A stretch of DNA of 63,585 nucleotides, taken from contig NC_068983.1 of the NCBI RefSeq assembly GCF_001194135.2, positions 124,560,668 to 124,624,252 on the forward strand, read 5' to 3'. The notes beneath the pieces were generated by a model. It saw only the letters and a list, made by a program, of their open reading frames with translations, was not told the origin of the DNA and did no database searches. The DNA comes from Octopus bimaculoides. Taxonomy: Eukaryota. Positions 37,642 to 49,789 of this stretch are shown here, piece after piece. The first letter of the stretch is position 1. Each line of letters starts with the position of its first letter. Position numbers and translations under genes: made by a program.

Positions 37642-39359
37642 ACATATGTAATGAATATTGAAAATGGAATTAGTCCTGTGCTCCACCGATCTAGGGAAAG
37701 ATGGTGCCTAATTTAACGAATGATACTGACAAAGATCAATATTTTCTTTTCATATTTTAAATCAACAACCTGAAAGCTATAGAAATATACAATTTCTTTT
37801 CAAACCATTTGAAGTCAAATCATTTCACACCATCAGAAAGAAATCGCACTCGTATGAATATTTGTATATTTGTATAAATGGATAAATGAATATTTGTATA
37901 AAAGGTAAAAAATTGCTTTCATCGAAAGAAATGTCCTAACAATTTTCAATAAATTTACAAACAAAATTTGGTCTTGTATTGCAAACTGTCAGTTCGAGGC
38001 ACATACAAATAAACACTTACATACAAATACACTTTCGCATAACCTTACTACACGTATATATACGTGTGCGTGTGTGTGTGTTGTTTTTCAATATATATAT
38101 ATATATATATATATANNNNNNNNNNNNNNNNNNNNNNNNNNNNNNNNNNNNNNNNNNNNNNNNNNNNNNNNNNNNNNNNNNNNNNNNNNNNNNNNNNNNN
38201 NNNNNNNNNNNNNNNNNNNNNNNNNNNNNNNNNNNNNNNNNNNNNNNNNNNNNNNNNNNNNNNNNNNNNNNNNNNNNNNNNNNNNNNNNNNNNNNNNNNN
38301 NNNNNNNNNNNNNNNNNNNNNNNNNNNNNNNNNNNNNNNNNNNNNNNNNNNNNNNNNNNNNNNNNNNNNNNNNNNNNNNNNNNNNNNNNNNNNNNNNNNN
38401 NNNNNNNNNNNNNNNNNNNNNNNNNNNNNNNNNNNNNNNNNNNNNNNNNNNNNNNNNNNNNNNNNNNNNNNNNNNNNNNNNNNNNNNNNNNNNNNNNNNN
38501 NNNNNNNNNNNNNNNNNNNNNNNNNNNNNNNNNNNNNNNNNNNNNNNNNNNNNNNNNNNNNNNNNNNNNNNNNNNNNNNNNNNNNNNNNNNNNNNNNNNN
38601 NNNNNNNNNNNNNNNNNNNNNNNNNNNNNNNNNNNNNNNNNNNNNNNNNNNNNNNNNNNNNNNNNNNNNNNNNNNNNNNNNNNNNNNNNNNNNNNNNNNN
38701 NNNNNNNNNNNNNNNNNNNNNNNNNNNNNNNNNNNNNNNNNNNNNNNNNNNNNNNNNNNNNNNNNNNNNNNNNNNNNNNNNNNNNNNNNNNNNNNNNNNN
38801 NNNNNNNNNNNNNNNNNNNNNNNNNNNNNNNNNNNNNNNNNNNNNNNNNNNNNNNNNNNNNNNNNNNNNNNNNNNNNNNNNNNNNNNNNNNNNNNNNNNN
38901 NNNNNNNNNNNNNNNNNNNNNNNNNNNNNNNNNNNNNNNNNNNNNNNNNNNNNNNNNNNNNNNNNNNNNNNNNNNNNNNNNNNNNNNNNNNNNNNNNNNN
39001 NNNNNNNNNNNNNNNNNNNNNNNNNNNNNNNNNNNNNNNNNNNNNNNNNNNNNNNNNNNNNNNNNNNNNNNNNNNNNNNNNNNNNNNNNNNNNCTTTATA
39101 TTGAACACTCAATATTTCATCTACATTCAATACTTTCTTTCATGGTGCCATCCATTTTTATTTTATTTTATTTTATATTGTATATTGTATATCATATTAT
39201 ATATTGTATATTCCATATTCTATACCCCACATTAGTTCTGCAGGAATATAAATAAAACATAAAAAACAGACAGTGTTGGAACTCTTTTAAGCAAAATAAT
39301 ATATTCCTCTATACACAATCATACAAAACCCCCCCACCTTTTTTGTATTTATTTTTACT

Positions 39360-39403
<44 letters not shown>

Positions 39404-39514
39404 CACATATACACACACACACGTATATATATAATTAATATAAAAACGGATAAAAGAGACAAGAAAAAACAACTCGAGGACGTGGTACATGTAAAGTATT
39501 AATCAGTCGGTAAC

Positions 39515-39575
39515 GGTAGGAATGAAAAGTTGTTTTACGTTTCGAGCAAAGCTCTTCTTCAGAAATAGGAGTCAG
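39515..39575 (-). ncRNA. Minimal type I hammerhead ribozyme motif (PLE pLTR type)
   Basis: Minus strand: ttt-CTGAAGA-A-GAGC-TTT-GCTC-GAAA-CG-TA|AAAC (core 39562-39536); palindromic ACGT stem III; 3-bp stem I. Confidence 0.7.
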
Positions 39576-39670
39576 AGGGAAGTCCAAAAGAAAAGGAAGA
39601 CGGGGGAAAAATCGCCAACACACACACACATGCACACAGACACACATACACACATTCACACATGTATATT

Positions 39671-39716
<46 letters not shown>

Positions 39717-39814
39717 ATTCAAAAAAAAGGAAAAAGACAAAAAACAAAAACAAAAAACAATAACAAAAAACAACGTGAGGACGTGATACAGATAGTGTTA
39801 CTAGACGCTCGGGA

Positions 39815-39870
39815 AAGGAGAGAGAGAGTATGACGTTTCGAGCGGAGCTCTTCGTCGGAAACAGGGAAAG
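39815..39870 (-). ncRNA. Minimal type I hammerhead ribozyme motif (U4C variant)
   Basis: Minus strand: gttt-CCGACGA-A-GAGC-TCC-GCTC-GAAA-CG-TC|ATAC (core 39858-39832). Confidence 0.68.
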
Positions 39871-39934
39871 TTCAAAGAAGGGAAAAACGGAGGAAGAAAA
39901 AATCAGCACCGATGTCCACGAGGTTACATTGTGG

Positions 39935-39956
39935 AGTGTATGTATGTATGTGTCTG

Positions 39957-40024
<68 letters not shown>

Positions 40025-40025
40025 C

Positions 40026-40077
<52 letters not shown>

Positions 40078-40225
40078 TTATCTATCTATCTAACTGTCTA
40101 TCTGCCTGTCTATCTATCAATCTATCAATCTATTTGTCTATCAATCTGTATGTTTGTCTATTTATATATCTGTCTGTCTGTCTATGTATGTATGCATGTA
40201 TGTTTGTATGTGTTAATGTATATAT
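39935..40225. repeat. (TCTA)n/(TGTA)n compound microsatellite
   Basis: Visible. Confidence 0.95.
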
Positions 40226-40864
40226 TTAAGATGCTCATTTCCTTTTCTTTTCAAGCAATACCCGTGTTTGACGCCTTTTAAATAGAGGAAAATTTTCGCA
40301 CAGAACTAATTCTACTCTCTAAACTACAAAGCATGATTCAAGAAGAGCAAGTCAACATGCATTTGTATGTTACAAGTTTTCTGTCAGAGTGCCCTCCTCC
40401 CTATCTTTTCCCAATCAAAGGCTAACCACAAAACAGAAGTGAGTGATTTGAATTCAGAGCTATTTCTCTTATATAGTACGCCTTCACCGCGGCTTTGTTA
40501 CACACTGGAGCACCATCTACCCCTTATATATTTACACACACACACACACACACATACACACACACACACACATAACACACACACGCACACTCACACACTC
40601 ACGCAAACGCGCACACGCACACACGTAAAATATAAAATTTTAAAAATATAAATAAAATAAAAATAAAAATATAACTATCTATAATAACATATTCTGTTAC
40701 TGCTTCCTCCTGTCAGCCAGCACAACTGTTCATTATGTAATGAAATGCAGAAATCTTTGGCGGGGCTCAAGTGTCATATAAGGGCCTCACATTGCATTAT
40801 CAACGACACATTTCAATGATTCTCTCTAGAAATGGCTTTGCTCGTATACGAGAGAACAGCCACC

Positions 40865-40897
<33 letters not shown>

Positions 40898-41267
40898 TGC
40901 ATGTATGTACGTACGTACGTATATCTGGACACTCCTCGCCTCGGCAAAAGAGGGTTTAACAAATCAAAGCTGGACAATGTCTCATGTGTGAATTCAGGCC
41001 ACTTTCGCTATTGTCACCGGAATTATGAGGAAGGTTTGATGCTGTTTGTGTGGGAATCTTGATTGGCTGAACGGCCAGCACGACAGATATTATTATAGTG
41101 GACACAGTTATATAGATACATAGACACATACATATATACGAACGGGAACATACATATGAACGGGAACGTGAAACTCTGAGTAACACTTTTTGTGATGTCT
41201 TTGCAGCTTTATTAATAAATATCTGTTGCAACGTACGAGGTCACATCAAGAATATTGCAAAACGAAT

Positions 41268-41301
<34 letters not shown>

Positions 41302-42739
41302 GTATATGTATATATATGTATGTATTTGACAGTTAAATATAACCTTATACAGAAATGTTGACATAGGAATAAACTTCAATAATAATGGATATCAGCATCA
41401 AAACTCTCTTTAAAATTTTAAATTTATATATATATATATATGTATGTATGTATGTATGTATTTATGTATGCATATCAGTGTGTGTGTATAAAAACACACA
41501 CACTTCCATGCATATTACACAACTCGTACATAAACACATATACACCCAAACACTCATTCGTAATGCCCCATCATATATATTTGTGTGTGTATTCGAGTTG
41601 CATATAAATGTATGACTGTTTTCACCCACAAGCATATAGGAGGTAAATGTGTCTCACGATTAATGGTATATCCTATTTTTGCACCCAATAGTATTTTAAC
41701 CAATATAAATAGATAATCTCACCAACCTATAAAGATGATTAAGAACTTGTATCATTCTAATGATTCACTTGATGATACATTATATCCTCATGTGAGCAAA
41801 TTTTATCGGCTTACTAATCACATTTTCATAAAACCCAAGCGATAAATGAATTTAGAGATAAAATTTACTACATTTCACCTGCTAACAGTATTAGAAATAA
41901 TAAATGTTGATAGACATGCATCTGCTTGTATAATCCTACCTGCAATACACCTATAGCAAATATATTATTTTCTCTATTTAGAAAACAACCACCCATTAGA
42001 ACAAATAATATACAATCTTTAAGATAAATTCGGTTAATATATCTAATTGAATCTTATCTAACATATCCCACAAAATATTTTTATAGAACACGCTAAATGC
42101 AACATTGGTAGAAATACGTTTTGTTAAAGCAGATGTCCCAATAATAAGTAAATTCTAGTTGTTAGCTAAGTACCTGGTATACAAATGTTTAATGCAAACG
42201 TTTACTTTCAATAAAACTTTCTCCTTCGTGCATAAAATTAAATCACGATATCTTTACCATAAGCATTCCTTTAGAAACTATGAATTTAATATATGGAACG
42301 TGAAGAAAAACAATAGAAACTTATGACCTGAAATGAGTCATTTTGTAATGAAGCTGAAGAACAGACAGGCAAACCATGAATCCTGTTTTTGATATATATA
42401 TATAAACCGAAATGTACCAGCAAAATCGTCCAAATTTTAGATTCAGCTTCGAACCATTGTAACTAAGGAATACTTAAAGATAACTTCATGGAATTATCAA
42501 AGATTTTCCCGACACTGTTGCACTGTACTTTGAGCAAGTAAAAATGTTGATTACTCTCCAACCTCGCCAGAAGAATCGTGATGAAGTTAATCATGGACGA
42601 AAATGACATTTCCATAATTAACCATAGCTCACGATTCAGAGCTCATGAAGTATTGGAATAAAGTTCGAATGGAAGCGTAAAGTTTTATTTCAAAGTTCCA
42701 GACGCTTAAAATTTTATTTCAAAGTTCCTGGCCGGAATT

Positions 42740-43654
42740 CTACCTGTTGGCGTTAAGTGTTGCTCCTCTTTTGGCAATGATTCCTTCCACTCTCTTCTTG
42801 ACAGCACCACAAGCTTTCTTATTGAATTCCTCACCAATAACTTCCTCTTACGTCATGCGCATGGAGTTTTCGAGGGCTTGAAGGTTACTGTGGGGCTTCT
42901 CACAAGCTTTAGTGACCAGTTCATTTCAGATGCTGAAGTCTAATGGGTTCAAACTAACTGATGAAGGGGGCCAAGTGTCCTTAACCCCAAACTTGGTCCC
43001 AAACGTATCACTGAGAAATTTGTGAGCCGCTGCAGTTGTGTAACAAGGAGCTCCATCTTCCCGACAGCTAAACGTGAAGTTCTTAGCGATTTTGTTGGTG
43101 TTTCTCCCGTCTCTTGCCTCAGAATATTCAGAAAGAATCCAGGTCTTTACATCTTTTCAAATTCTGAACATAAGAAATTCCTGTCAGTCTCTCAGCCTTC
43201 TCAAAGATGTTCAATGGCATATTCTTGCCATCGGAGGTCACGCAGGGTTTTTGCACTTGAAAATGACATTTGTAGCTTCTCTTTTGAGGAGCCGATGACA
43301 GAACACAGTTGTTGTATCAGTTTATGTGCGTATCTTGGATGAAATTCTTCTCATCTGTGTAACAGAATACTTCAGGATTATGTTTCACTTTATTCAAGAT
43401 GATCTCCGCCCTCTCTAGCCTTTTAACCTTTTTTCCTGGAGTGACACAGTGTCTCGCAAGTCTCAGTACGACTTCATTTTCAAGTCTTCTGTCATTGCCC
43501 TTTGAATTGTCATAGCTGAAACTCCTTTCTTATGTGCCAAGCGTCTTAAGGATTGAGCTGGATCTCTTCTGATTGATGTCTTCAACTCCAAATTGAAATG
43601 ATGATTCCTCTTGCGGTTACGTCCACCTGATCCAGTTTTCCTTTCCACTATTTC
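42740..43654 (-). mobile_element. maT (DD37D-like) transposase remnant
   Basis: RKTGSGGRNRK...IRRDPAQSLRRLAHKKGVSAMTIQRAMTEDLKMKSY; TDEKNF; TSDGKNMPL; EDGAPCYT...WPPSSVSLNPLDFSI (38 residues between the two Asp by my count); stop at 42740-42742. Confidence 0.85.
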
Positions 43655-44322
43655 CATTGCCTTCCTTTCAGATGAAACAACCTTGCCCTTTTTTTGGAAT
43701 AGGAAAGTACGGGTATTCCTACTGTCTGGATTGCTACTATATATCTGATTCAAAATGATTAACCCAACAGTCATCCTGGCTTAGGACACGTTCAAGGAAA
43801 CCTACTGGATCTGCCTCAGACGATGAGATTTTCCTGTGATCTGATGAATCTGGTATGGTTTGGATCGGGTGTCAAAAGACATAGCACCCACCGAGCAGAA
43901 ATCTTCGTCATGTCAAGTTCATTGTGCAGAAAATTTTCAACTTTTTCGCGGGATATGCTAACAACATTGACTATTTGATTTATAGTCAGTCGCCTGTCGT
44001 TTCATCACCATCTGATGAACAAGATCAACGTTTTTCTTGGTGGTGGGAGTTGCAGGACCTGAAGACGTTGGGTCATCTTCAAAACTCTCCGTTCCTAAAC
44101 CATGTAGGTACTTCATAACACTACGATGTAAAATTTTGTCTCTTTCAAGAGAAGTCGCTACTAGTTAGTTTTGAAGTGTTCTTTAAACAGTGACATCTCA
44201 GTTTACCTGGACAGAAAAATGCAGTTATTAATAAGACGGGTTGAAATTAGCGCATGCAAGGTTTCATAGCTCTAGCATTGTTCCTTCATAGTCAGCCTAT
44301 GAACTTTTCAGCCCATCCTCAT
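43655..44322 (-). mobile_element. mariner (DD34D-type) 5' part with left TIR
   Basis: Minus-strand TIR-like GAGGATGGGCTGAAAAGTTCATAGGCTGAC; FEDDP..G.P, ELDMTKISARWVL.LLT, FLERVLSQDDCWVNHFE, PKK.KVVSS..KAM. Confidence 0.85.
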
Positions 44323-45224
44323 GTGTACACACACACATGCGCGCGCACACAAACACACATACACACACACAAACACGCGCGCGCGAGAGTGAGTCTGTGT
44401 GTTTGCATGCGCATAAGTGTGCTTATATAAATACATACACACATACACACTCACACGCATATTTTCTTACCTTAAATTAAATTGGGGAACGTGGCATAGT
44501 AAAAGTATGGATGGGTCTACTTTTATTTTATGTATAAAAGTCAACACAATTTGAGATGCTAATGAAAATTCGTTTAATAAAAGAAAAGCCCGTTAAATAA
44601 AAATGTTTCAAATAGAAGCAATATTTTTATAATTACCTATTCACACATTGGGACTACGTTTGCTAGTATGTGATAGCGTTTACTGATACTGAATGCTTGT
44701 GAGACTTTTCAAGTATTATTAATATGAAATGAATATGATTGAAGAACCCTAACAAAAACTTCGATTAAGAGTAATTTCCCACGAGAGAAGACCTCATTAA
44801 GGATTAATTTTAAATTACCCAGAGTTTGAAAGAAATTACAATAGTTTCTTAAATACACTTGTAATGTGAATATGAGTGTATTTTCTTGTGCATATATTCA
44901 TTAGTGTATGGGAGAGTGTGCTCACTTTCTGTTCTATGCAATAAGGAAATGTGCAAAATCCAGTTCAGAGTGATTTTAATAGTTAACAACAGTTAGTATA
45001 ATGCATTGAGGGTGGCCAAAGATTTGGTAGTTAATGGCTTGTCATAAGTAAATGATGATAAACAGAAAAAATAGTATTCTATACAGGTCGAACTTGAACG
45101 ACGAAATGTGCGAAATAATCACGCATTCAAAAAGTGGTTTTCTTTTTAATAATGTCCATTCTCTTCGTGCCATTTGTTAAGCTATTATCAACTTAAAATA
45201 TGCAACAACAAAACAATATTTATA

Positions 45225-46332
45225 CAGGAGTTTGACAAAATAATGGAAACACCTTATAATTTCAAAAAAAAATATTTTAATATGGGGTAGGACCGCCTTT
45301 GACAATAATTACAGCTTGAATTCTACGAAGTATGGACTCGTACAAAGTTTGAACTGTTTCCAAAGGAATTTTTGTCCATTCTTCAGCTAAAACAGTCTCC
45401 AGTTCTAGTAGTGATGATGGTGGAGAATATCGAGCTCTTACTTGTTTTTCTAAAATGCAGATCAGATAAAATGCAGATCAGATAAAATGCTTAAATAGTC
45501 TTGACTAATAATTCTGCCATGAAGGGAAACCATTCGGCCAGCGGATTTCCAATATATAGTCCTCACCAAATTATCACAGATACTCCTCCATCTTTAACAG
45601 TTGGAAGAAGACAGTCTGGGCCAGATGCTTCTTTTGGATGTCTCCACACGTATACGCGGTCGGTGGTCGGAAATAAGGTAAAGGATGATTCATCCGAGAA
45701 AATAACATTCTTGCACTATTCTAGCGACAAAATCTGTAGGTTTTTACTCCACACTAAATGCTTTGCAACGTTTGTTTTTAAAAGTAGTGGTTTTCTGATT
45801 TCAGCCCTCCCGTGAAATCCGTCTCTGTGCCGCTGCCGGCGAACAGTTTTTGTGGAAACTGGATTCTCGAGGTGGTCATTAAGCTCTGCAGTAATTTTGG
45901 GAGCTGTACTTTTGTGATCCAACCTAACAATTCGCATAAGAGTCTGACGGTCCCTATCCTAAAGTTTCAGTTTTCTTCCGGAGTTTTGTTTCGACGAGGA
46001 GAATTTTCCCTCTTTCTCAAGGCTGTCATTACCTTCGATACAGTACCCCTTGATACACCAAACATTTCGGGTGTTTTTCGTAACGCTAGCGCCAGCCATA
46101 CGAGCACCAACAATTTGACCACTTTGAAAGTCTGATAGATCTGTCCTTTTAATGAATTTTAATTACCTTGTTCTGATATCTGAAAAGAAACAGCAATTTT
46201 AGCAATACATATTAAGCAACACTAATAATAAATCAAAAACATTAAAATAAACAAGCTTTTGACAGTTTTATAGATATTTCAAAATTATGATGCTATGATG
46301 CTAGGTGTTTCCATTATTTTGTCCAACTTTTG
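45225..46332 (-). mobile_element. Tc1-like transposon copy 3, both TIRs, internally deleted
   Basis: TA TSDs at 45223-45224 and 46333-46334; TIRs CAGGAGTTTGACAAAATAATGGAAACACCT / AGGTGTTTCCATTATTTTGTCCAACTTTTG; the second-D/E catalytic region is missing at ~45455-45480. Confidence 0.93.
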
Positions 46333-46711
46333 TATATATTACAATGTGCAGGGTATATATCAACCCTTCAAAAACAAAAACTGTCAATTTCATGAAACAA
46401 CGATGTATCGCGCTAACTATCGCTCGATCACTGATACAACTCTACTGTGAGACTCTGTACAATGAATATTTTAACACCGGATATTCAACATTTAAATGTG
46501 GTTAAGAGTTCTAGATTTTTAAATGGTTAATATGTGTTTTCCAAGTTATAATTGTTTTTGGTTAAACACATTCTCTGAGCAAATTTCTTGCCAGGCAAGC
46601 ACACTTTTGTGTCTTTGCTGTGACATGGCTGCGAAAGATCTACTCGAACATCTTGACCCCAGTATTTATTTTTCAAAACTCTGCTACTTATTCTATGGCC
46701 ACACATATACG

Positions 46712-46777
<66 letters not shown>

Positions 46778-47569
46778 NNNNNNNNNNNNNNNNNNNNNNN
46801 NNNNNNNNNNNNNNNNNNNNNNNNNNNNNNNNNNNNNNNNNNNNNNNNNNNNNNNNNNNNNNNNNNNNNNNNNNNNNNNNNNNNNNNNNNNNNNNNNNNN
46901 NNNNNNNNNNNNNNNNNNNNNNNNNNNNNNNNNNNNNNNNNNNNNNNNNNNNNNNNNNNNNNNNNNNNNNNNNNNNNNNNNNNNNNNNNNNNNNNNNNNN
47001 NNNNNNNNNNNNNNNNNNNNNNNNNNNNNNNNNNNNNNNNNNNNNNNNNNNNNNNNNNNNNNNNNNNNNNNNNNNNNNNNNNNNNNNNNNNNNNNNNNNN
47101 NNNNNNNNNNNNNNNNNNNNNNNNNNNNNNNNNNNNNNNNNNNNNNNNNNNNNNNNNNNNNNNNNNNNNNNNNNNNNNNNNNNNNNNNNNNNNNNNNNNN
47201 NNNNNNNNNNNNNNNNNNNNNNNNNNNNNNNNNNNNNNNNNNNNNNNNNNNNNNNNNNNNNNNNNNNNNNNNNNNNNNNNNNNNNNNNNNNNNNNNNNNN
47301 NNNNNNNNNNNNNNNNNNNNNNNNNNNNNNNNNNNNNNNNNNNNNNNNNNNNNNNNNNNNNNNNNNNNNNNNNNNNNNNNNNNNNNNNNNNNNNNNNNNN
47401 NNNNNNNNNNNNNNNNNNNNNNNNNNNNNNNNNNNNNNNNNNNNNNNNNNNNNNNNNNNNNNNNNNNNNNNNNNTATATATATATATATATGGGAGAGTA
47501 TACAAAAAATAACAACAGACGAGGACAGGTGGTGTAAATAACAAAAGTATATATTAGTATGACGCTCGG

Positions 47570-47625
47570 GAATACGGAAAGTCTTTGACGTTTCGAGCTA
47601 CGCTCTTCAACAGAAAGAATACGGA
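47570..47625 (-). ncRNA. Hammerhead ribozyme motif, probably inactivated (A6U)
   Basis: Minus strand: tcttt-CTGTTGA-A-GAGC-GTA-GCTC-GAAA-CG-TC|AAAGA (core 47613-47587); perfect 5-bp stem I; shares flank GACGCTCGGGAA with the 39.8 kb unit. Confidence 0.62.
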
Positions 47626-48319
47626 GACAAGGAGAAAAACACGGAGAAAAAAAATTGAATAGTGTTCAGTCAACGGTCAAATATGTGTGTGTGTGTTTGT
47701 GTGTATGTGTGCCGAGAAAGAATTTATAAAAGCCTACAAAATAAAAAGTATAAAAGAGTAAAAAAAATAATATCAACTAAACTAAAATAAATTCTAGAAA
47801 GAATGATGTGTGTGTGCACATTTGCGTATAGTAAATACAAGCATAAACATGTCCACACTCAAAGGAAAACATACTGGCACAGAAGAACGCTAGACGCTAA
47901 CATAAATATGTGTATACATATACACACATACACAGAAACACAGACTCAGTCACGTACATGTGTATCATCAAAGGTCGCTGAACGTAAAAGAAGTAGGGTT
48001 AGTTATTAAAAGTTAAATCACATTAAAATTATATCTCATAACTAAATACCATATGTGGTGTATGTGTGTGTGTGTGTGTGTGTGTGATTGTGTGTGTGTG
48101 TCTATGCGTGCGTGCGTGTGTGCGCATGCAGAGAAAAGAATTAAATAGGCAGAATGATAAAAAAACAAGTATGAGTGCAGGATGAGAAACTGAAATGTAA
48201 AGTAGTGAATTCAATAAAAAATATTTTTAAAAAAATGCTTTGGCGAAATGTACACAATCAAGATATTAAGGTATAGAGAAAGGATACTAAAAGTTAGTCA
48301 TATTGTGGACAACAATGTT

Positions 48320-48690
48320 TTGTTGGCACTCCGTCGTTTACGACGTCGAGGGTTCCAGTTGATCCGATCAACGGAATAGCCTGCTCGTAAAATTAACGTG
48401 CAAGTGGCTGAGCACTCCACACACTCGTACCCTTAACGTAGTTCTCGAGGATATTCAGCGTGACACAGCTGACCCTATGAAATACAGGCACAGCAGAAAC
48501 AGGAAGTAAGAGTGAAAGAAAGTTGTGGTGAAAGAGTACAGCAGGGTTCGCCACCATCCCCTGCTGGAGCGTCATGGAGCTTTAGGTGTTTTCGCTTAAT
48601 AAACACTCACAACGCCCGGTCTGGGAATCGAAACCGCGATCCTATGACCGCGAGTCCGCTGCCCTAACCACTGGGCCATTGCGCCTCCAC
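48320..48690 (-). mobile_element. SINE family A, full length
   Basis: Reverse complement of the 11936/36364 copies; TSD GACAACAATGTT at 48308-48319 and 48692-48703. Confidence 0.92.
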
Positions 48691-49677
48691 TGACAACAAT
48701 GTTATAGTAAAAGGAAAAGAATTGTAAAAGCTAAAGATCAGGAGTCCTTGACTAAAACTAAGTGAAATAGCTCTCAGGAATTATCATGATTAAAATGAAC
48801 AACAGCGTATAAATACATGAACGTTCCCAGAAAACGGAGGAAAGGTAGTCACATTATAAAGGTTTCGATATTTATAAAATAAAAATAAATAAATGATACT
48901 GTTGAAATGAAATTCAGGGTCACACCCCCATCATTGTCCACAATGATATCGTAGCTACAGTTAGTAATAATGATACGATTCCTGTTAAGGTTATTACCAC
49001 ACACTGGGTTTGTACCATAATTACTCACCCCGTTGGATTGTTAGATACTTTTTGAGCTTTGGAAGGAATATTGTGTTACGGTGTTGCTAAACTTGATGAT
49101 TTGTAGATCGTTCAGTCTCTTAATATTAGTACTACATATTATTAGGTATGCTGGAAGTTGTGGAATATGACATATATATATATATATATATATATATANN
49201 NNNNNNNNNNNNNNNNNNNNNNNNNNNNNNNNNNNNNNNNNNNNNNNNNNNNNNNNNNNNNNNNNNNNNNNNNNNNNNNNNNNNNNNNNNNNNNNNNNNN
49301 NNNNNNNNNNNNNNNNNNNNNNNNNNNNNNNNNNNNNNNNNNNNNNNNNNNNNNNNNNNNNNNNNNNNNNNNNNNNNNNNNNNNNNNNNNNNNNNNNNNN
49401 NNNNNNNNNNNNNNNNNNNNNNNNNNNNNNNNNNNNNNNNNNNNNNNNNNNNNNNNNNNNNNNNNNNNNNNNNNNNNNNNNNNNNNNNNNNNNNNNNNNN
49501 NNNNNNNNNNNNNNNNNNNNNNNNNNNNNNNNNNNNNNNNNNNNNNNNNNNNNNNNNNNNNNNNNNNNNNNNNNNNNNNNNNNNNNNNNNNNNNNNNNNN
49601 NNNNNNNNNNNNNNNNNNNNNNNNNNNNNNNNNNNNNNNNNNNNNNNNNNNNNNNNNNNNNNNNNNNNNNNNATATA

Positions 49678-49711
<34 letters not shown>

Positions 49712-49789
49712 ACTCCACGCCAACGTGATTGAAATATTCAAATGCGATACACATTTTCTTCTTTTAAGAGGAAATATTGTAATTTCAAA

